From Patescibacteria group bacterium (GTDB taxonomy: Bacteria; Patescibacteriota; Minisyncoccia; Sungbacterales; JBBTQR01), in assembly GCA_038065595.1 (NCBI GenBank), contig JBBTQR010000003.1, positions 1 through 46,779 of the forward strand: DNA of 46,779 nucleotides, written 5' to 3'. A program made the translations under genes and the position numbers. Below the pieces are notes generated by a model that was not told the origin of the DNA, did no database searches, and worked only from the letters and a program-made list of their open reading frames with translations. Of the stretch, positions 18,118 through 27,068 are shown piece after piece (the first letter of the stretch is position 1; each line of letters starts with the position of its first letter).

Positions 18118-18656
18118 TACTTTTGTACGCCAACTTTTATACTAAACGGTATATTTGAATTCAAAACAAAACTTGTAAGAGGAATGGCGATATTTTTTAT
18201 TCGTGGAACGCTCTTCATGGCGACTTCCATCTGAACAAGGGCTGATCGAGTATTTGCAAAACCGTCAAGCGAAAGCTCTAAGGCGACCGCGTCAAACTTC
18301 ATAGTAGTAACGATAATGCCTGACGGAAGCGCACGCAGAATATCAGAAAAAATACCCGAAAATGATCCAGCCGATCCAGTACCCCTTTTAATGTCTTCCG
18401 CGTTCTTGTTCAGCTCAACAAGCGAAACGCGAATTTCTTCAATTTGTTTCACAAACGGACTTTCTTCGGTAATTTTTAAATTATAAAAAATATCATCTCT
18501 TTGAAATGCTAAGAAAAAATATGACGGAATAAGAAGAAATACAGTAAGTGTGTACAAGGCAAAAATACTCCAGCCCCACACAAGAACAATCTTCGTCTTC
18601 CGATACCCATCAATTCGATTTTTTTCTTCAGGCGGAAGAATGTTAAAATTGAGCAT
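18117..18656 (-). CDS. pilN: PilN-like type IV pilus alignment protein
   Basis: N-terminal FNILPPEEK (PilN-type INLLP motif) followed by one TM helix. Lies downstream of pilM. Confidence 0.6.
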   Translation of the reverse strand: MLNFNILPPEEKNRIDGYRKTKIVLVWGWSIFALYTLTVFLLIPSYFFLAFQRDDIFYNLKITEESPFVKQIEEIRVSLVELNKNAEDIKRGTGSAGSFSGIFSDILRALPSGIIVTTMKFDAVALELSLDGFANTRSALVQMEVAMKSVPRIKNIAIPLTSFVLNSNIPFSIKVGVQK

Positions 18657-18710
18657 TAAGAATTATTAAAATATTTCTATAAAAAGCCCTAAACGCTTTG
18701 CGTGGAAAGA

Positions 18711-19811
18711 TCATGCGCTCTTTATCCCCCGAAGCGCCAAACCGAGCGCCGTTGTGAATGAAAGGGAGTCGTGTTCTAAAAGTGGGTGTTCTGATTCGTT
18801 GGAGAAAAAACGTAAAGACCTCCCAAGCTCAACATGGAGTTTCGTTCGCTCCGCAATCGCCTCCATAAGCCCAAAAAGATATGCATCACCTCCACACAAA
18901 ACAATTTTTTGTACACTATTTTCCTTTTCGTGTGTATGACGCGGATGCCGCTCAAAAAAATTAATATTTTTTTCTAGCTCATCAAGAATAATAGCAACGA
19001 GCGGCTCAAGTGCCCGAAACACCACCCCTCCCATCTCTTTTTCTGAGAGCCCGATTTTTTTCTTTATTTTTTCCGCCTCGGCAGGATCAATTGATAAAGC
19101 ATCGCGAATTGATTTTTCAAAATCGCGACCACCAATTGGAACAGTTGAAGCAAATACAAGCGATTGATCAGCGTAAATAATAAAGCCTGATTTTGTCCGT
19201 CCAACATCAACATATAACAACGCCTTCTGTCGCTCTGTGGAATCGCTCAGCGCTCGAATAATTCCATGGGACTCAAGCTCAAGTGCAACAACTCGCGTAT
19301 CCGCGTTGCGAAAAACTCGCATATAAGAATCAACAACCTCTTTCGGATACGCAACGACGGCGATATCCCGATGATCAAATATTTTCATATCAGGCGTTCT
19401 ATCTTCATAATCAAAATACATCTCTAATGCGGAAAGCGGAATACTACTTTCCGCCTCAAACCGAATCGCGTTTTTAAGCTCTTCTTTATTATCAATATGC
19501 GGAACCTGGATCGCCTTAATGAACGCTTTTTCTTCCGGCAAAGCGCCAACGATATAATGAGTTTTACCTTTTTGTACCCGCGCGAGCGATCGTTCAATGA
19601 TTTTAGAAAGCTCCTGTTCTTTCTTAATCTCTCCCAATTCAACAATCCCCTGGGGGATTGGTTCATTTCCAAAAAACTCAATTAAAGGCGGTCGTGCAAA
19701 TTGACGCCGCGCCTTTACAAAATGAATTGACGCGTCTGATATGTCCACGCCAATAACAGGAAATGAAAAAATGTCCGACTGAATATAGCGAAAATAATCA
19801 AAAAGCTTCAT
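18711..19811 (-). CDS. pilM: PilM-like actin-fold ATPase of the type IV pilus
   Basis: IGVDISDASIHFVK phosphate-1-like motif, size and pattern of PilM/FtsA-type proteins, and operon context. Start placed at MKLFDYF. Confidence 0.75.
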   Translation of the reverse strand: MKLFDYFRYIQSDIFSFPVIGVDISDASIHFVKARRQFARPPLIEFFGNEPIPQGIVELGEIKKEQELSKIIERSLARVQKGKTHYIVGALPEEKAFIKAIQVPHIDNKEELKNAIRFEAESSIPLSALEMYFDYEDRTPDMKIFDHRDIAVVAYPKEVVDSYMRVFRNADTRVVALELESHGIIRALSDSTERQKALLYVDVGRTKSGFIIYADQSLVFASTVPIGGRDFEKSIRDALSIDPAEAEKIKKKIGLSEKEMGGVVFRALEPLVAIILDELEKNINFFERHPRHTHEKENSVQKIVLCGGDAYLFGLMEAIAERTKLHVELGRSLRFFSNESEHPLLEHDSLSFTTALGLALRGIKSA

Positions 19812-19914
19812 GCTTGTTATTATACCATACTCAAAGACACACAAAAGCCCCGCGCAAAACAAAATTTTGCACGGGGCTTTTTTCTATCAATCAATTACTA
19901 TTCATAAAAAAATC

Positions 19915-21390
19915 CTACTCAACCTCCTCCCAAGAAACTACCGAATATTGATCGGATGTGAGAGGAAAATCCGGCGGAGGAGCGTAGAGAAGATTGGCAT
20001 CATAGATAATAACGCGTGTTTGATATCCTGTGCCATCCGTATATGCAAAGCCATACCGTTTACTCGTTGTAATCGCTCCGGTAAGCGTAATTGAACTTCT
20101 GATATATTCCGGACCGCATGATGACCCATAATAGTATCGTCCGATCCTTCCAGTTTTGGCAACGAGCGCCCCATCAATAAGAAGTGCGTTATTGCTTTTA
20201 AGCCCGATATTGATGTTTTCCTGTGCGATAAGCCCCAAAACATCCGCGCCGTCATACCGCGTATATGTAACATTTTTATTGATTGTAATGCTTGTGTTGG
20301 TGCTTACATTCTCCGGAAAACGCGCCGAAACGATATTTAAACGCGCCCCGTCAATTCGTCCCTCTATCCAAAAATTATCTTCAACAAAAATAATTCCATT
20401 TGCTGGAAATGTATAATTTCCAAGAAGCGTCTGCGCCAAAATGCTCCATGTTCCCCACTTTGATTGCGTACTCCCACATCCTCCCGGAGGTCCTAAAACG
20501 CTTGTTACCCGATACAAATCAAATGTATCATTCGTTTTCAAAACAATGTTATATCCCTGTGTTCCTGAATTTGCGAAATACCGACCCCCTGCTTGCGCTT
20601 TTGTTTTAAGAGCGGAGAGATCCGCAGTAAGTCCAGCAAAATCAAGTTGGGGAACGGGAAACTTTCTTCCTGCGAGAAAAATATCAGCTCTATTCGGCAC
20701 AGTGGCGGGTGGCAACGGATCAATTGGAGATACATGCGTATGAACACCAAATTCATTCCCACCGGGATGATCGGGGTCATCAAATGTGCTGACAGCGCTT
20801 GAAAGCAGATTATGAGCAAGGCCATCAAAACGGATTCCTTTATTTGAGTAAATTTCGCCAAAAACTTCAGTGCCAGGACCAAAACGCATAAAATCGTCTG
20901 CGGCAAAAGCATACTTCGCCCATGATGGAACGGCAAATTGAACTCTTATTTTTCGCTTAATGAGTGGATTAGCGAGCATAACTCCCTCGGAAAGAACGGT
21001 GACAAGCGTGGATCCTATCGGGGGCGGAGTAATGGTCAATGAAAATGTTCCTATCTGAACGCCGTTCTTATCATAATATGAATGCGTATATGGCCCAGGA
21101 CCTCCGGTGCCGTCCTGAAAATCCTGTGGCGCATGCGCCAAATGCCACCTATAATATTCAGCCCCCGCCTCGGCAACAACAACAGCCTCTCCACGAACAG
21201 AAAGCTGACGAGTTGCTTTTATATGTAGTGCCGCCCATTGCACAAGCCCGCCGATAAGAATTGTTGAAAGGGCGGAAAAAACAATAATAGGAACGACAAT
21301 CTGCCCGCGATTGTTAAAAACCGTAAAACATGAAGCGTGTTTTTTTCCGCCAGAGGCGGATAATTCATTGTTTATGTTTTTTGTGTTCAT
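19915..21390 (-). CDS. Large pilus-associated protein with a PilX-like N-terminal anchor
   Basis: N-terminal hydrophobic segment GQIVVPIIVFSALSTILIGGLVQWAAL followed by a Gly/Thr/Asn-rich, beta-rich region. Sits between the pseudopilin genes and pilM. Confidence 0.55.
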   Translation of the reverse strand: MNTKNINNELSASGGKKHASCFTVFNNRGQIVVPIIVFSALSTILIGGLVQWAALHIKATRQLSVRGEAVVVAEAGAEYYRWHLAHAPQDFQDGTGGPGPYTHSYYDKNGVQIGTFSLTITPPPIGSTLVTVLSEGVMLANPLIKRKIRVQFAVPSWAKYAFAADDFMRFGPGTEVFGEIYSNKGIRFDGLAHNLLSSAVSTFDDPDHPGGNEFGVHTHVSPIDPLPPATVPNRADIFLAGRKFPVPQLDFAGLTADLSALKTKAQAGGRYFANSGTQGYNIVLKTNDTFDLYRVTSVLGPPGGCGSTQSKWGTWSILAQTLLGNYTFPANGIIFVEDNFWIEGRIDGARLNIVSARFPENVSTNTSITINKNVTYTRYDGADVLGLIAQENINIGLKSNNALLIDGALVAKTGRIGRYYYGSSCGPEYIRSSITLTGAITTSKRYGFAYTDGTGYQTRVIIYDANLLYAPPPDFPLTSDQYSVVSWEEVE

Positions 21391-21463
21391 TTCGCAAGTT
21401 ATATTATTTGATATTTTTAAACTCGAAATTTTTTATTCATCGTTCCTTATTTGGAATACGCGT

Positions 21464-22069
21464 TCATTGAAAACGGAGATTTCTTATGTTTACTTGAGTT
21501 GAAAACATGACCTGTCCTGGTGGTTTCGGGCCATTTGGATCAAGGCTCATCGTCATTCGTATAAATCGTATAAGCGAAACATCAATTGGTACTGAAAGTG
21601 GCGTTGAGGTTGAGGTGGTTAAATTATAATACGAAAAGACGGTTGTTGTCGCGACAAGATCAGAAACGATATCCGAGATAATTTCGTTTGCCGGATTATA
21701 CGCCAAGGGAAGCCCCGTCGGCTTTATGATTCCTTTTTTTAATATCGCACCCGAAAGAAAATACCGAATCCGCTCCTTGAGCGCGTCATTATCAATATCC
21801 GCAAAAAACGAAAGTTCTGTACCGTTTGCCGACTCAATAAGATACCCACCAACACTTGACGGGGACGCTGACCGAACTTCATCAGTAAAACTTTTAAAAA
21901 TTTTTCGTATCTGATTTTCACGCGAGAGCCCTCCTTCAACGAGCCTATTAAGTTGAAAAAAATCACTTTGAAATCCAACGAGAGCCATCGCAATAAGACT
22001 AAAAATCCCAACAGCAATAACCGCCTCAATTAATGTCATGCCGTCTATGTTTTGCTTCTTCTGTTCCAT
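21464..22069 (-). CDS. Prepilin-type N-terminal cleavage/methylation domain protein (minor pilin-like)
   Basis: Class III signal: basic leader ..NIDG followed by MTLIEAVIAVGIFSLIAMAL, with Glu at +5. Confidence 0.8.
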   Translation of the reverse strand: MEQKKQNIDGMTLIEAVIAVGIFSLIAMALVGFQSDFFQLNRLVEGGLSRENQIRKIFKSFTDEVRSASPSSVGGYLIESANGTELSFFADIDNDALKERIRYFLSGAILKKGIIKPTGLPLAYNPANEIISDIVSDLVATTTVFSYYNLTTSTSTPLSVPIDVSLIRFIRMTMSLDPNGPKPPGQVMFSTQVNIRNLRFQ

Positions 22070-22088
22070 ATGTGTATACGCGGATGCA

Positions 22089-23870
22089 TTAAGGATTCAG
22101 CAGTACATCCAGCTTTTGAAAATCAGGATTAATTTCTATTGCCGTACTCATTGCCTGATATGACGGGTGCGTAATGTCAATGGTATATGCTCCACCCACA
22201 AGACCATTAAAGAACGCCTGTCCGGGCGGTATGCACGAAGTTGTAAAAGTAAATGAAACATCAGAAACAAGCGGTGTTGAAGTCGCGGTCACAGTAGAAA
22301 GAAAGGCCTTGTACCGCATATAGCGACTACCGTTGTGATTACTAATATCGGTATTCATGGTTGTGTAATATGTACCATTCGTAGAATCCGGACCAACAAA
22401 ATTCCATGTCGCATTATCAACATTCGTCGCTATTTGAAATTTCACGGAATTAAGACCTGTTTCTGGTGGTTGGCTTATAGATACCCACGAAATATTGTGA
22501 AAATTGCTCGCACTTCCAAGATCAAACGCAGAAGATTCAAGCCATCCGAACGGTTGATAATCCCCCCCCAGACTTACAAGTTTGATTTCTCCAGCCGGTG
22601 GACCGATGTATATATTGCCATCAGATGTCCAAAATTTGGTCATATCGGTCGTCGTCGCTTGTCCCGACCCACCTGACCAGTCGGTCTGGGGAATTGATCC
22701 TCTGCCTGTGATTACCTGCGTTGAAAATCCTGTTTTTGAAAGAGCAACTGTCGCTCCAGTAACGGGAAGGCTCGTCCCGGAATCTTTGACTGTTACAAGA
22801 ACGCTCTTTGGATTTTTTGTTTCAATGAGTAGTTGAAGGTTTTGTGTAGTATTTGGTGAAATGGTAATCGGAGTAAGCGGAATAGCGCCGGCGAGATCAT
22901 ACGCAGAATCAATAATTGAAAATTCATAGGTATCCCACTCAAGATTTGGAAAAATTCGCGAGCCCGTCATATCCGTAATACTTGTCGTTGAATATTTTAA
23001 AACATCAGGAACGCCAGTGCCGATCAATTTTGATCCATCAATATGAAAATCAACACCGGCTACTGATCCGCACACCTGATTTCTTGTTGAAAGATTTATC
23101 GTGCTTGTGCGATCAATGGCAAAAGTTGCCTGTGTAACAACCCCCGCATCAACTGTTGCGTCTGCTTTGATTGGATTGGGATTCCCCACCCCCGGAGCGT
23201 GTGTTTTATCGGTAGAGTAGCCTAATTTCGTTGCAGTAATCCCGTATCCGCCGACAGACGGCGGAACATCAACAAGCTGGAGCATTCCCTGATTATTCGT
23301 CACATCATCAATCACAAGGTCTGGATTTAATATTGTGTTTTCAACACGAACGGTTGCCTGCGGAACAGGAGACCCATTCGCGTCAATAACTTGAATAAAT
23401 AAAGCGCCTCCCCCCGATGAAAGCTCAAGGTCTTTAGGAGCTATAGTTGTCGTCTGCCGAACTGGAATAAAATTTTTGCAATTCGCGCATGTGATTTCAA
23501 CCTCAAACAATCTATAATCCGCGGGGGCTGTGTCATTATTTGTCGTGCTTCCGATTGTCCCGTCAAACAGATCGTCAATATTTCGCACCGTTCGCATAAC
23601 GGTAAACTGCGTGCCATTTTTTATTACAACGCTGGATGAAGCGAATTGACCCGGTGGATACCCGCCAAGAATACCAACATTTTGAAATTGAGCATTACGC
23701 GCAAGCTCAATTTCATCATTTACAACCGACAACGCCGTATTTTTTATCTTAACACCACGAACGCTTTCTGAAATTGTAAAATACCCACGATACACACCTA
23801 TAGCAACAATTGCCAAAAGTGCCCCGCCGATAACAGCTTCTATTATAGTAAACCCACGCGTTTGACGCAT
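22089..23870 (-). CDS. Giant prepilin-type protein (593 aa) with repeated beta-sandwich, carboxypeptidase-regulatory-like segments
   Basis: MRQTRG followed by FTIIEAVIGGALLAIVAIGVY (Glu +5). Repeats of the type G.PV..ATV.V... occur further on. Start placed at MRQTRG. Confidence 0.8.
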   Translation of the reverse strand: MRQTRGFTIIEAVIGGALLAIVAIGVYRGYFTISESVRGVKIKNTALSVVNDEIELARNAQFQNVGILGGYPPGQFASSSVVIKNGTQFTVMRTVRNIDDLFDGTIGSTTNNDTAPADYRLFEVEITCANCKNFIPVRQTTTIAPKDLELSSGGGALFIQVIDANGSPVPQATVRVENTILNPDLVIDDVTNNQGMLQLVDVPPSVGGYGITATKLGYSTDKTHAPGVGNPNPIKADATVDAGVVTQATFAIDRTSTINLSTRNQVCGSVAGVDFHIDGSKLIGTGVPDVLKYSTTSITDMTGSRIFPNLEWDTYEFSIIDSAYDLAGAIPLTPITISPNTTQNLQLLIETKNPKSVLVTVKDSGTSLPVTGATVALSKTGFSTQVITGRGSIPQTDWSGGSGQATTTDMTKFWTSDGNIYIGPPAGEIKLVSLGGDYQPFGWLESSAFDLGSASNFHNISWVSISQPPETGLNSVKFQIATNVDNATWNFVGPDSTNGTYYTTMNTDISNHNGSRYMRYKAFLSTVTATSTPLVSDVSFTFTTSCIPPGQAFFNGLVGGAYTIDITHPSYQAMSTAIEINPDFQKLDVLLNP

Positions 23871-23971
23871 AATATTCACCAATTTATTTGTAAAACACAC
23901 GAATGCATAACCCGCTTCTCACAAGCATCTTTTACCAAAGACTGTCCTTCTTTGACGAAAGATGTTTCTAA

Positions 23972-25201
23972 TTAAATACTTCCCAACGAAGAATAAATCG
24001 GTTGCATAACGGAAATCGCAAAAAATCCAACCGCACCCCCGATAAAAACCATAAGAAACGGCTCAATAATGGATGAAAGATTTTTTGTGGTCTCGGTAAT
24101 ATCCTGTTCAAAAAAAATGGCTATATCTAAAAGCAATTCTGATGTTTTGCCGGTTTCCTCTCCCGCCGAAACCATCTCGGCAACAAGTGGATCATAAAGA
24201 TCGCTATGCGCGTGAAAAAAGCTTCCCATTGTTTTTCCCTGCGTAATCTCTTTTGAAAGCTCTTCAAGAGAAGCCTTATAGCGCGCGCTTCCGACAATAT
24301 CCCGAGCGATTTCAAGCGAGCGAATAATTGGCGTTCCGCTCGCAAGAAGATACGAAAGCACGCGCGTGATGCGCGCAACATTCATTTTTCTAATAAGCCC
24401 CCCAAACAAGGGGATGCGAAGCGCAAAACCGTCCCACAGTGGTCTTCCGAATTCCGAACGAATAAACCGCACGAAAAGAAAAATAAAAAATATGATACCA
24501 ATGAAAATAAAAAACGCATACCCGACAAACGCATCACTTAATCCTATAATAAGGCGCGTTGAAAGCGGAAGCTCAACATTCAAATCTGTAAGAGATTGCG
24601 CCAAAGTCGGTACCACATACACCATCATTAAAGCTCCAATAATAAAAAGAATGGCAAGGATAATCGTTGGATAAAGCATTGCACCGCGAACACGCGCCCG
24701 AAGATCATGATCCTTTTTTATCTGTCGCGCCAAAAGAAGCATTATGTGATCAAGCTTTCCAGAAGCTTCTCCTGCCTGAACCATATTCACGAAAAAATCA
24801 CCAAAAATTTTATTGTACTGTGATAGCGCTTCAGAAAATGGCTTGCCCTTAACAACATCCTCCATTACGCGCATGATGACATTTCTAAAATTTTCGCTTT
24901 TTGTTTCTTCCCCAATCGCCGAAAGCGCGCGCGTCAAAGGAAGTCCAGCGTGAATCATAACCGAAAGATTTTTTGTGAACACAAGCCGTTCAAACAAGCT
25001 CACCCCCCGAAGATTTTCAAACCATGTCGCAACGCGCGTCCATGCGTCTTTCTTGCCAACGCTCATGTCTTCACTAACATCAACAACAAGAAATCCCTCT
25101 TCTTTTAGCGAATTCCTTAGCTCTTCCTTGTCTTTTGCTATTTTTTCGCTTGAAAACTGTTTTCCGATGCGATTAATGACCGTGTATGAATAGAGTGGCA
25201 T
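23972..25201 (-). CDS. pilC: Type IV pilus / T2SS platform protein (GspF/PilC family)
   Basis: Duplicated T2SSF-type cytoplasmic domains and three TM segments, with a typical C-terminus (..EPFLMVFIGGAVGFFAISVMQPIY). Start placed at MPLYSY. Confidence 0.9.
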   Translation of the reverse strand: MPLYSYTVINRIGKQFSSEKIAKDKEELRNSLKEEGFLVVDVSEDMSVGKKDAWTRVATWFENLRGVSLFERLVFTKNLSVMIHAGLPLTRALSAIGEETKSENFRNVIMRVMEDVVKGKPFSEALSQYNKIFGDFFVNMVQAGEASGKLDHIMLLLARQIKKDHDLRARVRGAMLYPTIILAILFIIGALMMVYVVPTLAQSLTDLNVELPLSTRLIIGLSDAFVGYAFFIFIGIIFFIFLFVRFIRSEFGRPLWDGFALRIPLFGGLIRKMNVARITRVLSYLLASGTPIIRSLEIARDIVGSARYKASLEELSKEITQGKTMGSFFHAHSDLYDPLVAEMVSAGEETGKTSELLLDIAIFFEQDITETTKNLSSIIEPFLMVFIGGAVGFFAISVMQPIYSSLGSI

Positions 25202-25292
25202 ACACGCAGTATACCACATACAAATCAATTTTCCGCGCTATCACAATCCTTTTGCTGAAAAAATAAAATGCGGTATACTTTATAGACGCGCT

Positions 25293-26276
25293 ATGAGACT
25301 CTCAGATCAAAAATTAAATATTTTCACGGAATGCAGGATTGAGAGATTGGGCATCTTAGAATGCCCGCCGTTTCTTTTTATTTTGATGGGAGTTGTCAAT
25401 ATCATCTCTATTTTCGCAACATATCAAGTTGCGACTCGTGCGTCCGATGAACCGGAAATTGCGGCTCTCGCGGCAACTATCGTTGCGGCTATGGTTTTTT
25501 TAATTGGAAACTCCGTTGTATTTGGTTTTAATAAAGTCGTTGAAGCGAATAAGATGAAAAGCGAATTTATTGGCATTATTTCTCATCAATTGCGTTCACC
25601 TCTATCAATTTTTAAATGGACGCTTGGCGCCATTGAAGAAGACCTTCAAAAAGAACTCGTAAAAACGGGTACCCAAGCGTCTATTCTTACGCTCAACGAA
25701 ACAAATCAGCGAATGATCAACCTTGTCAACATCCTCCTTGAAGTCAACCGCCTTGAATCAAACCGCTTTTCATTAAACAAAGAATTGTTTTCGCTTGAAA
25801 CCCTAACAAAAGAACAAGTTGCGGGACAAAAAATGTACGCCGAACCGATGGGACTTCAAATTGAGCTTGTGTCTGAATATTCGGATGTCGTGAACGCCGA
25901 TACCAACAAAATTCAAATGGTCATTCAAAACCTACTTGACAATGCAATTCGCTACTCAAAAACCGGCGGGCTCATTACCATACGAATTGAGCGTGATAAA
26001 AAATCCATCATATGGAAAATAATTGATATGGGGCTTGGCATTTCACCGGAAGACAAAAAACACATCTTTACAAAATTTTATCGGGGAGCAAATGCCCGCG
26101 CCTATCAATCCGAGGGTAACGGCATTGGTCTTTATATCGCAAAAACAATTATTGAAAATCACGGCGGAAGCATTGGATTTTTCTCAAATAAAGGGATCGG
26201 AACGACTTTTTGGTTTACCCTTCCAATAAACAACACCGCTAAAAACGCGAATTCTGCTTTTTTTCATAAAATTTAA
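25293..26276 (+). CDS. Membrane sensor histidine kinase with minimal extracytoplasmic loop
   Basis: Two TM helices separated by about 9 residues. H-box FIGIISHQLRSPL, N-box LLDNAIRYS, G-boxes IDMGLGI and GNGIGLYIAK. Confidence 0.9.
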   Translation: MRLSDQKLNIFTECRIERLGILECPPFLFILMGVVNIISIFATYQVATRASDEPEIAALAATIVAAMVFLIGNSVVFGFNKVVEANKMKSEFIGIISHQLRSPLSIFKWTLGAIEEDLQKELVKTGTQASILTLNETNQRMINLVNILLEVNRLESNRFSLNKELFSLETLTKEQVAGQKMYAEPMGLQIELVSEYSDVVNADTNKIQMVIQNLLDNAIRYSKTGGLITIRIERDKKSIIWKIIDMGLGISPEDKKHIFTKFYRGANARAYQSEGNGIGLYIAKTIIENHGGSIGFFSNKGIGTTFWFTLPINNTAKNANSAFFHKI

Positions 26277-26296
26277 GGTTAGCGCATTATAAAAAA

Positions 26297-26668
26297 ATGA
26301 ACATTCTTTTTATTGAAGACGAGCCAAACCTCCAACAAATTCTTTCAAAAGCATTTGCGAAAGAAGGGTTTTCAATTGTACAAGCGTATGACGGAGACCG
26401 TGGGCTCCAGCTTGCGCGAGAAACAAAGCCAGATCTCATCCTTTTAGACATTATTCTTCCTAAAAAAGATGGTTTTGCGGTTCTTACAGAATTAAAAAAG
26501 ACAGACGAAACAAAGAATATACCGGTTGTTGTGCTCACGAACCTAGACAGGGACGAGGACATTGAACGCGTTCTTGAATTAGGAGCTCTCACCTATCTCA
26601 TTAAAACAAACTACGAAATAAAAGACATCGTTCAAAAGGTCAGAAAGATTTTGGAGTCAAAGGCGTAA
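26297..26668 (+). CDS. Single-domain response regulator (receiver only)
   Basis: Receiver signatures: acidic DE near the N-terminus, phospho-acceptor context LILLDIILP, TNL, and LIK. At 123 aa it has no output domain. Confidence 0.9.
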   Translation: MNILFIEDEPNLQQILSKAFAKEGFSIVQAYDGDRGLQLARETKPDLILLDIILPKKDGFAVLTELKKTDETKNIPVVVLTNLDRDEDIERVLELGALTYLIKTNYEIKDIVQKVRKILESKA

Positions 26669-26831
26669 TTCTTTATTACGGCTAGCGATGAGCGAAATGA
26701 AGCCAGCAAGGATTCATTTCGTCAGCGCGAAGACGGAACAAGGGTCAATACCGCGTGGCTCTGCCACGCGAGAAAACGAACGAAGCGAGTTCCGACGATA
26801 CCTCGGGACTTTGCCCCGAGGAGCTTTATTT
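26665..26831 (+). repeat. Family-2 multi-hairpin element (series of perfect hairpins)
   Basis: Hairpins lie at 26665-26681, 26691-26720 (9 bp), 26751-26769 (8 bp) and 26800-26821 (7 bp). The segment 26780-26827 matches the reverse complement of 46731-46779 at about 46 of 49 positions. Confidence 0.8.
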
Positions 26832-27068
26832 CTTATCCCTTATCCCCTATTCATTATTTTTCAGCGTTTCACGATTCAAATTAATACCATTTATCCGCAT
26901 AATCTAAAATTTCGTACAAAGCTTACGCGCGGGATGAATCCTACGCACATAAGAACAACTGAGTATACTGTGTTTTTTGTTTTATATAAACCAATGTATA
27001 TGCACGCATATTATACAATCTAATAAGAGAATGGCGCATGCAAAGCGCGTATCGTTCTTATATGTGGG

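Noticed and set aside
26688-27023. 111-aa ORF between the response regulator gene and pilB
   Set aside because: Its first half is the family-2 hairpin repeat and its second half is AT-rich promoter-like DNA. It has no SD and no coding-like composition.
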